A DNA stretch of 64,000 nucleotides from Halorarum halobium (GTDB taxonomy: Archaea; Halobacteriota; Halobacteria; Halobacteriales; Haloferacaceae). The translations under genes and the position numbers were made by a program. Below, piece by piece: positions 9,366 through 19,717 of this stretch. The stretch covers positions 744,001-808,000 of the forward strand of contig NZ_CP134949.1 of NCBI RefSeq assembly GCF_032116555.1. The letters are read 5' to 3'. The notes beneath the pieces are model-generated. The model searched no databases and was not told the origin of the DNA. It saw only the letters and a list, made by a program, of their open reading frames with translations. Every line of letters starts with the position of its first letter. Positions within the stretch are counted from its first letter, which is position 1.

Positions 9366-10528
9366 CAGACGATGCACTGAACGTACAAATCCTCTCCAGC
9401 GAAGGAGGGATGCAAAACGAACTCAAAATCTCAGACGGAGAAGATCTGCAGGTAGCCATCGAAGCACTGCAGCTCGCCGCCCGCTTCGAGTTCGGTGAAG
9501 ACTACACGGTTGACACCGGTTCCGACCAGGATCCTGTTGTCGATGAAATTCGAGAGCTAAGTGACAAGGTCGAGAGCCTGGACGACGTCGACGACGAACG
9601 GTTCCAGGAGATAGAAGACCGGCTCGATAAGCTCCGAGATTTCCTCGGGAAGGGTTTCTCCGAGTTCCAGGAGATGAAGGACAAGGTCGAAGACCTACAG
9701 GAAGCCAGTGCTGTAGTTACTGAGGACAAGGAATCTACTGGTGATTCTCGGTTAGATAGCTTCGAGGAGAACGGGTCCGAGGAACAGGAAGATTCTGAAC
9801 CTACAGAGCAGGAAGAAGACAGCTCTGACGAGGAGGACGATAGCCCGGATCTGAGTCGGATGTCAGCCCGGGATATTGTCGAGGAGGATCTTGTTGACAT
9901 CGACGTGCCGTATAGCTACGATGACTTCAAGGACCTTTCCGAGGCCAAGCAGAGGGCGGTGCTATACAGCATGGTTCTGTCTGTTCAGCCCGCTACCAAG
10001 GTCGAGGTTGCAGACACCACCCTTGAATCCGATGTGACGGATAGTAACGATAAGCGAGCTCAGTACATCGGTTACCGATTGGAGAACAAAGTTTCGTACA
10101 TCACGCAGAGAAGACGGCCTACAGACCAGGGTAAGGATCCGTACGAGTTCGCTGAGGAAGACTTCGATTTCGAGGAATATGATAGTCAAGAGGAAGGCGC
10201 AGAGGACGGTTCTGAAGAAGTTGAAGACGAGGAAGACACGGTGACCTCTGATGAAGAGAAGTCATCTGTTGAGAGAACTGCTGAGGCGATGGCCGAAGAT
10301 GCTCCGCCTCCATCAGAAGACACGGATGAAGGGGCATACGGCTTGGAGTGGCAGACTGTCGAGCAGGCGATTGCCGATTATAAGGAAGATGACGATAAGA
10401 ACTACCTGCTCTGTATTCGGTCGATGAAGTCGTTTGCGGCACCAATATCTGCTAAAACCCATTCAGAAGAGGACGAGGGAGAGGTCTGGGCTGCGGCTGA
10501 GGAGCTCCCAGACGAGTTCCTGCAGTAA
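9362..10528 (+). CDS. acidic protein with coiled coil and possible central winged helix
   Basis: 388 aa; QPATKVEVAD...YITQRRRP..KDPYEF resembles a wHTH. Confidence 0.7.
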   Translation: MTDDALNVQILSSEGGMQNELKISDGEDLQVAIEALQLAARFEFGEDYTVDTGSDQDPVVDEIRELSDKVESLDDVDDERFQEIEDRLDKLRDFLGKGFSEFQEMKDKVEDLQEASAVVTEDKESTGDSRLDSFEENGSEEQEDSEPTEQEEDSSDEEDDSPDLSRMSARDIVEEDLVDIDVPYSYDDFKDLSEAKQRAVLYSMVLSVQPATKVEVADTTLESDVTDSNDKRAQYIGYRLENKVSYITQRRRPTDQGKDPYEFAEEDFDFEEYDSQEEGAEDGSEEVEDEEDTVTSDEEKSSVERTAEAMAEDAPPPSEDTDEGAYGLEWQTVEQAIADYKEDDDKNYLLCIRSMKSFAAPISAKTHSEEDEGEVWAAAEELPDEFLQ

Positions 10529-10540
10529 TGGTGGTTCTGA

Positions 10541-10783
10541 GTGAGCGAGTGGAAGTACGTTAGGAAGAAGAATCTCCGGAATTTTGAGGGCTACAATCTG
10601 GCCGCTGGGATTCTCGTAGGTCTTGGAGTAGGTGCGTTGCTGGACGTAATTGGCGGCTATGGATCCATCGGTCCAGTTCTCTTCATATTTGCTATGTCTA
10701 TCGGTTTCTGGTATGTCCACAGGGACGAGTTCACCCGTATCAGGAAGGCCATCGACGATGCTGGAGGTGATAATCAGTCGTGA
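10541..10783 (+). CDS. small 2-TM protein
   Basis: 80 aa, coupled to next gene. Confidence 0.7.
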   Translation: MSEWKYVRKKNLRNFEGYNLAAGILVGLGVGALLDVIGGYGSIGPVLFIFAMSIGFWYVHRDEFTRIRKAIDDAGGDNQS

Positions 10784-11202
10784 GCGAGGACAGGAATTGG
10801 GCATTTGGTATCTCGGTAGTCGCATTGGTGTTGGCGGTAGCGGCTCTCGGTACTCCGTCGAGGGGAGAGAAGAAGGTGATCGAGGCCAGGGAGGTGACTG
10901 TTTCTCCTGGCAATGGCTATGAAGTGCCTCCGAGTATGGAGGATCTCAAATCTCAGGTGTGGTTTGAGAACAAGTCTAAGCTTGGGATCGCTTGTACCGA
11001 GAACGTAGGTATTGCTAAGGTCAATCTCTATGGAGAGACACATTACGTCACTTACCCTAAGACTTCGGATGAATCGGGTAGTTGCACCTACTACGATAGA
11101 GTCTCCAAGACCTACGTAGAGATCTACGGGTTGGAACGGGTTCTTCCAAAGTATGTAACACCCGTGTTCAGTATCTCCTGGAATACTGGAGGTGATGCCT
11201 GA
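10780..11202 (+). CDS. membrane-anchored exported protein
   Basis: N-terminal TM, two Cys, GGAGGTGA SD. Confidence 0.7.
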   Translation: MSEDRNWAFGISVVALVLAVAALGTPSRGEKKVIEAREVTVSPGNGYEVPPSMEDLKSQVWFENKSKLGIACTENVGIAKVNLYGETHYVTYPKTSDESGSCTYYDRVSKTYVEIYGLERVLPKYVTPVFSISWNTGGDA

Positions 11203-12002
11203 TTCAGGTACCGGAGACGTCGGTCGATGCGTACCAAGAGTTGAGGGAGGAAGGTGTCATCGAGGAGCGGCAGCACCTCGCCTTGGAGACCGTTCAGAAG
11301 TTCTATGAGGAGCACGGGTACTGGCCGACGCAGCGCGAGGCCCACGTTTTCCTTGTCGAAGACCTTGATATCCTCAGTAAACGGCAGCGGACCGAGGCGA
11401 TCACCGATGGGTACCGGTTCCTGGGTCGAAGGATGGGCGAGCTCGTTGACGACGCAGAGAATGAGTACCCGAGTCTCTTGGAGAAGCAGGAGAAACGGGA
11501 ACACGACTACCTGCAGGAGGAGCATCCTGGTGCTGATTCCGGGAGGAAAGGCGAGCCTCACCGCATCATCGCTGACGTAGCCGAGAAAGAGAAGCAGGTG
11601 GACGACACTGGTTCTGAAGCAGAGCCGGAGCAGGGGACCGAGGAACCCGACGAGATAGAGATTCCGTACAGCGTCGGGGACGGAGATGAGGTGTGCATGG
11701 GACCACCGAGTGAAGCGATCAAGGAGACCTCGGATCTGGAGTCGGTGAAGCAGCTGTTAGAGTCGAAAGGACTTCTCGAAGAGTACCAGGAAGAACTCGC
11801 TGCACAGGAAGACGACGTCGAGGAATCATATGATGACTCTGAAGAAGACGTGGAGTACTTGCTCGACCCAGACAAGGATCCAGAAAATACCGATAGTTCT
11901 GACTCTGATCAGGTTGAGGATGCTTCCGATGACGGGAACGGTTCCGATTCGGAGGAAAAGCAGGGGAAACTGATCTACGATAAAGGCAAGGTCGTCGGGT
12001 GA
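11199..12002 (+). CDS. acidic hypothetical protein (probable CTG start)
   Basis: Frame open from CTG 11199 after GGAGGTGA; CTGA overlaps the upstream stop. Confidence 0.65.
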   Translation: MIQVPETSVDAYQELREEGVIEERQHLALETVQKFYEEHGYWPTQREAHVFLVEDLDILSKRQRTEAITDGYRFLGRRMGELVDDAENEYPSLLEKQEKREHDYLQEEHPGADSGRKGEPHRIIADVAEKEKQVDDTGSEAEPEQGTEEPDEIEIPYSVGDGDEVCMGPPSEAIKETSDLESVKQLLESKGLLEEYQEELAAQEDDVEESYDDSEEDVEYLLDPDKDPENTDSSDSDQVEDASDDGNGSDSEEKQGKLIYDKGKVVG

Positions 12003-12008
12003 CTTCTC

Positions 12009-12473
12009 GTGAAATCCGCCGAGGACATTCTGAAGAAGATTGACGAGGAGAAAGCCGTCGTAATCAGAGACAGTGATCTCCCAAACAAGTACCTCGTCGA
12101 GGAAAACGGTGTAGTCATCCGTGTTTCCCAGTATCCCGATTCAGGAGAGTGGCTTCGCTGTATCTACTCCAATCTCGTCGGAAGTGTTCAGGAGAGATGG
12201 ATTGACCAGGCTCTGAATGATGAGTGGAGCACTTTCGAAGATGTAGAGATAATCTCCAGAAACGAGGTTCCAGATGTCGACGGAACGACGTGCATAGCGA
12301 AGTACTGCCAGGGCGACAGCCTGTACACCTGCAGTATGTGCGGTGAAGAAATCGAGGACGGAATGTCATTTGCTATCCATGCTTGGGACGAGCATGGTGT
12401 CACGGAGGATCCTCGAGAGATTCGTGATCCGGCACGTGGTCAGATGAGTATCGGTAAGAGGTGGACGGTATGA
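12009..12473 (+). CDS. protein with C-terminal C2H2-type zinc finger
   Basis: YTCSMCGEEIEDGMSFAIHAWDEH. Confidence 0.7.
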   Translation: MKSAEDILKKIDEEKAVVIRDSDLPNKYLVEENGVVIRVSQYPDSGEWLRCIYSNLVGSVQERWIDQALNDEWSTFEDVEIISRNEVPDVDGTTCIAKYCQGDSLYTCSMCGEEIEDGMSFAIHAWDEHGVTEDPREIRDPARGQMSIGKRWTV

Positions 12474-13083
12474 ATCGGAGGCAGTTGCAGCGGCAGGCAG
12501 ATAAGGAGAAGCGACTCCGCGAACTGGAGAGGACTGTTGACAGGGTGAAGCGCCGCCGGAAATGGGAGACTATTGCCACGGTTGTTCTCTACGGTACTCT
12601 GTTCGTTCTTGCCGGGATTTTTGCTGTGAGGGTCACCCTGTCCAGATGGACGGCGGCACTTCGACACAGCCATCCAAGATCTCCTTCACGGAATCGCATA
12701 TCCAGTGGCTTGACGAGAACTACAATCAGTCAGTCGAGAACGGGTTCTGTCTCTTCGGTACCGTAGAGGAGGACAAGGTGGTTGTGGAGCAGGTGGAGTT
12801 CATCGATAACCCGTTCAGGCAGAGCTCCGGTACGATGTTGTTCACCTGTATCCCGCAGATCCTGGCTCGGTGGAAGCGTTTGGTGTTCTAGGAAGAGTAT
12901 GAGCTGGTCGGTGCGATTCACACGCATCCAGTGTATGCGGATTTGAGTCGTCAAGACCGGGGGACTTTCCGATCCTTCGAACCAGTTCTCTCTGTGTTCG
13001 GTGTCTACAACGGAGAGGAACTGACCATGTATTCGAGTCCTGGTCAGGAAGAGGCGATGAGGAATGTTCTCCGAGTCAGTTGA
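12470..13083 (+). pseudogene. disrupted membrane-anchored JAB/MPN metallopeptidase
   Basis: TM in one frame, frameshift near 12620-12635, then ENGFCLFG..., in-frame TAG 12889-12891, then LVGAIHTHPVYADLSRQD to TGA 13083. Confidence 0.75.
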
Positions 13084-13313
13084 AGAAGAGGGAGAAGGGA
13101 TGTGGTGGTTTCTGAAAATTGTGGGCGTTGGAACGCTGCGAATTGCCGTGAGAAGGCTTTGAGTTGTTTAGTCCATTTTGCGTTGTAGTCGTAGAAGGTC
13201 GACACAGGTCACCTCCGGCATAGGGAATACTGGTGAACTTCTGCATTTAAAACTGACACCAGGACAGGTTTCCTGGGGAGGACTTTTCATACTGCATTTT
13301 GTCTCTCCTGGTT

Positions 13314-13988
13314 ATGGACATTCCTGACGAGTTTGATGAGGAGGTGGGGGAGACACGGACGCGGGACATGACGGATGAGGGAAAGAATGCAATGTCGTTG
13401 GCGTTCCTGGACGGTTTCCATATCCAAGTTCAGCGGTTGCACGACGAGTTAGTAGAAGCAAGAGAGGAAGCCGAAGGAGACGATCTTCCTATGGAGATCA
13501 GCTTCGGCGGTGTCGGGATGAAGACGTACGAAATCCACAGCTTGACCGTGAGTTATTTCGAGGCCGGTGTCCCATTGCTCTGCTTCTACCATTTCCGAAA
13601 CCAGACTGATGCTGGGTACAGGATCCTCGAATGGTTCGAGGAGAACCGGGATTTCGTCTTGGATGAGGACAGTGACGAGATGCTGGGTACTCAGATGATG
13701 GACTGGTTGAACAGCAGGAGATCATCTATCTCAGACATAGCAAGTCTGATGAAGGAAACAGGACTGCTAAGCCATGATAAGGTAAAGCGGGTTAGGACTG
13801 ACCGCCACCAGTTCCTACACTCTCCTCTGCAGATGCTCTACCTCTCTGAATGGGAGGATATCAACACGAAAGCAGATAGATGTGTTCGAGTGGCCGACGA
13901 TCTGGATGATCGCCTGTTTGAGGATCTGGAACTACACGCCGTCTACGATGTTCTAACCGACAAGGATCGTACGCGAAGCAGGTTCTGA
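13314..13988 (+). CDS. possible HEPN-fold protein
   Basis: Helical 224 aa with C-proximal Rx4H (VRTDRHQFLH). Confidence 0.5.
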   Translation: MDIPDEFDEEVGETRTRDMTDEGKNAMSLAFLDGFHIQVQRLHDELVEAREEAEGDDLPMEISFGGVGMKTYEIHSLTVSYFEAGVPLLCFYHFRNQTDAGYRILEWFEENRDFVLDEDSDEMLGTQMMDWLNSRRSSISDIASLMKETGLLSHDKVKRVRTDRHQFLHSPLQMLYLSEWEDINTKADRCVRVADDLDDRLFEDLELHAVYDVLTDKDRTRSRF

Positions 13989-13996
13989 CACGTACC

Positions 13997-14359
13997 CTAT
14001 CCCTGTCGCTCTTGGATCTGGACTCGATCACCGACTGCTGGTTCGCCGTTTCCGTATGTGAGTTCGTAAATTTCTCCGTTTTTCTTTTCTCCGACAGGGA
14101 TAGAGTTCGATCCTTCGAGTAGGTGTGCAACCCGTTCAAATCCGTCGTCCAGTAGCGGGCTCCACTGGGATTCCTCGATGATCTCGTTCACATCCTGGAC
14201 CAGGACGTCTTTCTCCACGCCGCCACGGTCACGGTGATAGAAGGCGGTGAACTCATCTGGTTCCTCATCAGGTTCCAGCCCTGCTTCTTGCTGGGCAATT
14301 CGTTCGTTGGTTGCGAAGGTGTAGTCATAGAGTTGTTTCAGGGAGAGTTGTTCCGGCAT
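13997..14359 (-). CDS. hypothetical protein
   Basis: Acidic 120 aa from ATG 14359. Confidence 0.6.
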   Translation of the reverse strand: MPEQLSLKQLYDYTFATNERIAQQEAGLEPDEEPDEFTAFYHRDRGGVEKDVLVQDVNEIIEESQWSPLLDDGFERVAHLLEGSNSIPVGEKKNGEIYELTYGNGEPAVGDRVQIQERQG

Positions 14360-14460
14360 AGTATGAAGTACCCTGGATAGCCGTATTGAAAACATCGTTC
14401 TCCCGCTAATGGTACCCCGTTTGCTGGGAAGAGGGGGAGTTTATACGGGCTCACTCGTTA

Positions 14461-15360
14461 GTGGCCGATAACGGAGACATGGGTCGAGAGATCAAGAGGC
14501 AGCACTTCGTCCCCCGGTTTTACCTGAATACGTTCTCCGAGGACACGGAGGAGCCGTACTACCTGTACTGCTATGATCTGCCGGAAGACAGGGTGTTCGG
14601 CTCTAACACGATGGATATCGCGCAGAGCGAGTATTTCTACGATCTCTCTGACGAGCAGTTTATCGAGAACAAGTTCGCGGATTTTGAAGGGATCTTCTCC
14701 CAAGCTTACGACAAACTGGTGGACAGCGCCGACGTCACCGCTCTAACCCATGAGGAACGACACGTTATCTCCCTCTTCCTCTCCCACCAGCATATCCGGA
14801 CCAGGAAGTTCCGGGAAGTCGTGAAACAGGCGTCCGAACACACCTTGGACATCGTCGACGAGGATGAGGTCGACGATAAGGAGGGGCGGAAGGCCGTGGA
14901 AGCAGGTACGACAGAGGAAGGTGCGAAGCAGTGGCAGGCACAGCTGACAGCGAACGCTCTCGAAGGCTTCGCAGATATCCTGTACCGGATGGACTGGTTC
15001 CTATTCGTGAATAAGACGGAGTACCCGCTGTGGACCTCTGATCATCCGATAGCGATCTTCAACCCGGTTAATCCGGAGCCGGATCCGGAGAGAGGGATTG
15101 AACGGCCAGGGTCGAAGGTCCACGTTCCATTGAGTACCGATCTTGTTCTGGCTCTATACGATCCTGGACAGTATTTCGTGAAGTCGAAGCGTGAAGAGTT
15201 GACGGAGAAGGAGCACGTCGATTTCCAGAACAAGCTGCAGGTCGAGCACTCACATCGGCAGGTCTTCTCCCCTGTGGAGGATTTCGAGTTCGCCAGAGAG
15301 GTTATTGAGGAGAACCCAGAATACGCCGAACTGGATTACTCGGACAGCTTCGTGGGGTAA
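14461..15360 (+). CDS. DUF4238 family protein
   Basis: KRQHFVPRFYL, LWTSDHPI and VPLSTDLVL motifs. Confidence 0.88.
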   Translation: MADNGDMGREIKRQHFVPRFYLNTFSEDTEEPYYLYCYDLPEDRVFGSNTMDIAQSEYFYDLSDEQFIENKFADFEGIFSQAYDKLVDSADVTALTHEERHVISLFLSHQHIRTRKFREVVKQASEHTLDIVDEDEVDDKEGRKAVEAGTTEEGAKQWQAQLTANALEGFADILYRMDWFLFVNKTEYPLWTSDHPIAIFNPVNPEPDPERGIERPGSKVHVPLSTDLVLALYDPGQYFVKSKREELTEKEHVDFQNKLQVEHSHRQVFSPVEDFEFAREVIEENPEYAELDYSDSFVG

Positions 15361-15367
15361 CGGTTGG

Positions 15368-16081
15368 TCAGTCGATGTACGGATACGGATTTTCCGGCTG
15401 CCCTTTCTCCAGGAGGGAGTCGAGGATCTCGGTGAGCCGTTCGTTGGACGAACTGTACTTATCTCGCAGGGCTTCTACGTATTCTTCCCAGTCCAGGTGA
15501 TGTATTTGGTACCAGCCTTCCGGGTATAGGACGTCGACGAACATGTGGCCGTAGTCCTCGTAGTGCTCGTTGCAGAGCGGTGCGAGATTCACCATGTCTC
15601 TCGAGCCACCGTACCTAGGCGGGACCATTCTTTTCACGTACTCTGCTTTCGAGCTGCAGGTAACGCAGGTGTGATCGGTTTTCTCCAAGGCGGCTTCTCT
15701 CTGGGACTGCGTTACTGACTTGATCTCGGATTTGGGCGTGGGTTCGTATCCTCTCGCTCGGATGTGTTGTTCTCGGTCGATAGAGGGGTACTCGTCGCAT
15801 TCGGGGCATTTCTTCTTACCTCCGTTACTCCAGGACTTGCAGTTGGGCCAGGATGCTTTGGACTCGTCTCCTCGGTCGAGTACTTCCGGTGTCAGAGTTG
15901 TTCCGCAGTCACAGGTGTAGGGTTCTGGTTCGATCCGGTTCAGTCCGTGCTTTTCTGCCTTCAGAAGAACGAAGATGAGATGGTTGGACCGGTTGTGATG
16001 ATGTTTTCCCGGCTCCACAAGGGCGTTGACCAACATGTCCGCGGATTCTCTTCTTCCCGTAATAGTTTCTCGGATACCCAC
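15368..16081 (-). CDS. zinc-ribbon plus degenerate HNH nuclease-like protein
   Basis: CVTC...MVPPRYGGSRDMVNLAPLCNEH; the first catalytic His appears missing. Confidence 0.7.
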   Translation of the reverse strand: MGIRETITGRRESADMLVNALVEPGKHHHNRSNHLIFVLLKAEKHGLNRIEPEPYTCDCGTTLTPEVLDRGDESKASWPNCKSWSNGGKKKCPECDEYPSIDREQHIRARGYEPTPKSEIKSVTQSQREAALEKTDHTCVTCSSKAEYVKRMVPPRYGGSRDMVNLAPLCNEHYEDYGHMFVDVLYPEGWYQIHHLDWEEYVEALRDKYSSSNERLTEILDSLLEKGQPENPYPYID

Positions 16082-16180
16082 TCTAACAAGATTCTCTACA
16101 TTGGTGGGGATCTCGACCAGTGTTCAGTTCCTGCTTGCTCGGAATGTTAATGATTGACACTGCGTTGTGGGAGGTGGTAC

Positions 16181-16774
16181 ATGAGCTATCCACGAACCCA
16201 TGTCGACCACCGAGATCCAGATCACCACGAAGCAATCCACCCAACTCGGAACATCGTCAATGCACACGTCGTCGCCGGCGAGTTCCTAACTTCGCGGTAT
16301 CACGAGGCACTCCAGACTGTACTCCATCCACTTGGAGAATCTCTCGACACCCACGACCAACACGCACTCAACGACCTCGGTATCGTCCACGCCGACGGCA
16401 GCCTGAACGACCTATCTCCGATTGTCCAGACCTACGTCAGGCTCGATGACTACTGGACCCGTACTCACCGTACCGCGCTCAATGAGCTATTCGATGAAGG
16501 ACGTGCCCATGTAATCGGTTGCTGTACACGCAACTTCCTCTCCGAGTTCTCCCGGCGAACACTCGAAGTCGAATCAGGACGAACCGGTGTTGCGCTCGAT
16601 GCTACCCTCGCCCCTCTCCTCGAACACGAGTTCCTTTCCAAGCCAGAGGACGAGGAGGATGACTACGTCGTTGTTGAGCACCACGCACTGTATCGGCCTA
16701 CTGAACAGCTGTTTGACGCGCTCCTTGACCAAGCTCCTGTCCTCTGCGATCTCATCCCGCCGACCGATCTCTAA
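16181..16774 (+). CDS. hypothetical protein, possibly tandem winged helix
   Basis: GGAGGTGG SD; FSRRTLEVESG...LAPLLEHEFL. Confidence 0.55.
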   Translation: MSYPRTHVDHRDPDHHEAIHPTRNIVNAHVVAGEFLTSRYHEALQTVLHPLGESLDTHDQHALNDLGIVHADGSLNDLSPIVQTYVRLDDYWTRTHRTALNELFDEGRAHVIGCCTRNFLSEFSRRTLEVESGRTGVALDATLAPLLEHEFLSKPEDEEDDYVVVEHHALYRPTEQLFDALLDQAPVLCDLIPPTDL

Positions 16775-16847
16775 ACTCTTGGAGAACAGTCGAATTTGAC
16801 TTCCGAGGGAACGCCTATTACGCTCTCGTATCACACCTCTGTTAACG

Positions 16848-17735
16848 ATGCGTATCTCACGGGATTTTCCCTCTGACCAGTATCCCTCTGAGCAAGCTGT
16901 AGAAGACGAGGACCCCAGTTTCCGGATTGAGACGATCCTGAAGCTGGATAGTGACGAGAAGGTGTTCGACATCAGTACCCACGAAAACCATCCAGGAGAC
17001 AGTACGCCGACTCAATCTTTTGGAGGCTCCTTCGTTTTCTCAGACTGGTCTGACCTTCAGGACGTAGCTGATTTGCTGAAGCGTTACATCCGGGAGCAGG
17101 ACGATCAAACACGGTCGATAACTGTCCCACTGGATTCTGGAACCGGCTTCAACAGCAGGCTTGGAAGGCATATAGAGGATATTGAGGAGGCCAGATTCAC
17201 AGTAGATGACTACCGGCTTGAGGTGGATGCAAAAGGGCATCGAGGCGAGATACGTCACTACAGCAAGTCCGTGGATCACACGCAGCAGGATCGACGGAAC
17301 GCAATGGCGTTTCTCGACATGGTCGATGAACTCTTCCATGACTTGGATGAGGAACCGATTCTCCACCTGGAACATCCCGACCTACGCAGTGACGCAGTCC
17401 CTGAGTACATCGACGGTCATTACCAGAGTTCCGTACGAACGGCGTTCCGAGTTCTCGAAGAGCGGATCAGGGAGGAGGGAGGGTTTTCTCAGGACGACAC
17501 TGGGATGGGAATGGCAGAAGATGCGTTCAATCCAGAGCACGGTCCTCTCACCTTTTCGGAAGTAGGTGCGGAGAGGAAGGGCTGGATGTTTCTCTACGCT
17601 GGTGGTTTCGGTGCACTACGTAACCCGCCCAGCCATAGAGATGAGGAATCTATCGATCAACAGCGTGCCATGCAGATCCTCCACTACGTCGACCTGCTTC
17701 TCGATGTCCTCGAGACAGAGGCTGCGGAAGACTGA
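16848..17735 (+). CDS. TIGR02391 (Ymh) family protein
   Basis: C-terminal GHYQSSVRTAFRVLEERIR...GGFGALRNPPSH. Confidence 0.85.
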   Translation: MRISRDFPSDQYPSEQAVEDEDPSFRIETILKLDSDEKVFDISTHENHPGDSTPTQSFGGSFVFSDWSDLQDVADLLKRYIREQDDQTRSITVPLDSGTGFNSRLGRHIEDIEEARFTVDDYRLEVDAKGHRGEIRHYSKSVDHTQQDRRNAMAFLDMVDELFHDLDEEPILHLEHPDLRSDAVPEYIDGHYQSSVRTAFRVLEERIREEGGFSQDDTGMGMAEDAFNPEHGPLTFSEVGAERKGWMFLYAGGFGALRNPPSHRDEESIDQQRAMQILHYVDLLLDVLETEAAED

Positions 17736-17758
17736 ACTCTATTAGCAGAACCGATAAA

Positions 17759-18226
17759 TCAGGACAACTCAGATACCTTCTCCTGTGATTCTTCTTGAAC
17801 CTCTTCCAGCATAGGATCCAGTTCATGTTCGATGTCGGCCAGATCCTTCCCCGAGTCGAGCTGTGTCAACGCTAGGCTGAGATCGGCGGATGCCTGCTCC
17901 AGTTTACTAACGATTTCGTAGTCGACGTTCAGTGATTGTCCGACCGCGGCGTGCCTCCGGAGTTCCTCTCTCCGCGTGTCGAACTTACCTGTGGCGTCGA
18001 CATCGTGAGGTACTTCGCCGCTCGTCATTACGTCGTACCAGTCTGAGAGTGTGAGTTCAGCGAGTTCGTTCGCCCGTTTGTACCAGTCGCGTCTTTCTCT
18101 CTTGTTCTGGAGAGAGTACTGGGCCTTGATCTGGTCCCTTGCGACCTTCCCTGAGACGAAGTAAGATACGATGCCACCTGCTATGGCACCGAGCAAGGTG
18201 GTCGCTATAGACGTTGCCAATGACAT
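17759..18226 (-). CDS. hypothetical protein, N-terminal TM plus helical domain
   Basis: LLGAIAGGIVSYF N-terminal helix. Confidence 0.7.
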   Translation of the reverse strand: MSLATSIATTLLGAIAGGIVSYFVSGKVARDQIKAQYSLQNKRERRDWYKRANELAELTLSDWYDVMTSGEVPHDVDATGKFDTRREELRRHAAVGQSLNVDYEIVSKLEQASADLSLALTQLDSGKDLADIEHELDPMLEEVQEESQEKVSELS

Positions 18227-18614
18227 AGCTGGGTAGTTATAGCGCAGAACAAAATTTGTGGGGAAAGCCCGGCCAAGACCATATTCTACAACAGCAGGGG
18301 TGCCGACCCCCCTTTCGAAATTTTATTTCGGGAAAAATCCCCTCCGTGTTCGAGCTGATTTCCGTGGTCCTGACTTTTCTCTCAGAAGGTTGTTGGCTGA
18401 CTCGTCTCGGTACAGGTTGAAAGCAAGTTGTGGAGGATGCCCTGGATGAAGCCCGAGATCTTCCTGGGAAAACACGACTTCCGCTATCCAGTTGGTTTTC
18501 TCAAGTGTGGAGGACGTCGTCTGTGAGGGTACACGTGGAGGGCCATGTTTTGATAAACGAGTTTTCACCACTGTTTTCCAGGGCCTGCGAACGGGTCTGC
18601 GAAAACCTGCTTAG

Positions 18615-19070
18615 GTGATGTATTTGAAAGCTTTAGACCGGATACTGTGGATTGCATACGGAAACCATACTCAAACCTCTGAATATCGGGAACTGGCCGA
18701 GGTGATTATCCAGCGTCTTCGGAGGGACGATCTTGTGAAGAAGCAGGAGCTGATGGAGGAAGTCGACCTCGACCCTGGCTCAGAGAACGATGACCAGAAG
18801 TTCAAGCGCGTGATGAGGCCGTTGAAAGGCCAGAAATCCAGCAACCCACTGGACGTTCAGTTTGTGGTTCAGAGACGGATGGACAACGGCAGTTTCTACG
18901 CCTTGTCTCGTGATGCGTTCGATGCTTCGAGCAGGAACTTGGTGCAGAACCTCCGCCGCTTCATAGACACAGAGCCGCACCGGGAGACGAGAGAGTTGAA
19001 GCAGGAGAACCGAGAGCTACGAGAGGAGAATGAGAAGCTTCGGGAACAGTTGGACAGCGAAGGGCGGTAA
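18615..19070 (+). CDS. possible winged-helix plus coiled-coil protein
   Basis: 151 aa; C-terminal heptads ELKQENRELREENEKL. Confidence 0.7.
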   Translation: MMYLKALDRILWIAYGNHTQTSEYRELAEVIIQRLRRDDLVKKQELMEEVDLDPGSENDDQKFKRVMRPLKGQKSSNPLDVQFVVQRRMDNGSFYALSRDAFDASSRNLVQNLRRFIDTEPHRETRELKQENRELREENEKLREQLDSEGR

Positions 19071-19073
19071 TCT

Positions 19074-19280
19074 GTGGCCGATCCGAGGAATGTAACGGCG
19101 TCGTTTCTGGCCGCTCCTCTGTTCGCTGTCTCTCTTCTGTTCTACGAACATCCGTACTGTGGTGCTCCTGGACTGGGCTGCACCGGTGTAGAGGGTATTC
19201 CTTGGCCGATTGAGAACCTGCTCGGGTCGTTGCTGTTTATTCTCTCAGCGATTGTCTTCGTGACTGTGAGCAGTGATTAG
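19074..19280 (+). CDS. small 2-TM protein with Cys pair in the loop
   Basis: 68 aa, YCGAPGLGC between two hydrophobic helices. Confidence 0.6.
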   Translation: MADPRNVTASFLAAPLFAVSLLFYEHPYCGAPGLGCTGVEGIPWPIENLLGSLLFILSAIVFVTVSSD

Positions 19281-19717
19281 ACGCCGAGTTCTTCTCTCAG
19301 TTGGAAGTAGTACGGCAGTGCATAGTATGTAGAACTGTTCTGACGTGGATTCTTAGCTCTGGACTTTTTCCACCAGTTGACGACTTTACCGTTCTCCAGG
19401 CGGAGTACGAAGAGCCAGGTGATGGGGTTGTTCCCTCCTTGGCCGAATGTCGTGGTGTAGAGGCCGTTCGGTAGATCTCCGAACCTGTCCTCGAAGTACT
19501 GCTTGAAGTCGTCCTGGTCGCGGAGATCGTAGATGCTGGTGCCTTTGACAGGGCTTCGCGGCAGGTGAATCGTCCGTATAGGCTTGTACTTGGTTTTGTT
19601 CCAGAGTGTGCCGCCGTTCTTCCCGTCAATCTCTTGGATTCGTTCGAGCTCGTATTTCTGACCGGGTTTGAAGTTGTACTTGTCTATTAGTTCCTGTACT
19701 GCTTGTTCTGCGTCCAC
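19277..19717 (-). CDS. hypothetical basic protein
   Basis: 146 aa, AGGTGA SD; unusually Lys-rich for a halophile. Confidence 0.65.
   Translation of the reverse strand: MDAEQAVQELIDKYNFKPGQKYELERIQEIDGKNGGTLWNKTKYKPIRTIHLPRSPVKGTSIYDLRDQDDFKQYFEDRFGDLPNGLYTTTFGQGGNNPITWLFVLRLENGKVVNWWKKSRAKNPRQNSSTYYALPYYFQLREELGV

Noticed and set aside
12889..12891. Pyrrolysine readthrough of in-frame TAGs (also 56407)
   Set aside because: No pyl genes visible, not expected in Halobacteria, and the JAB gene also has a frameshift.
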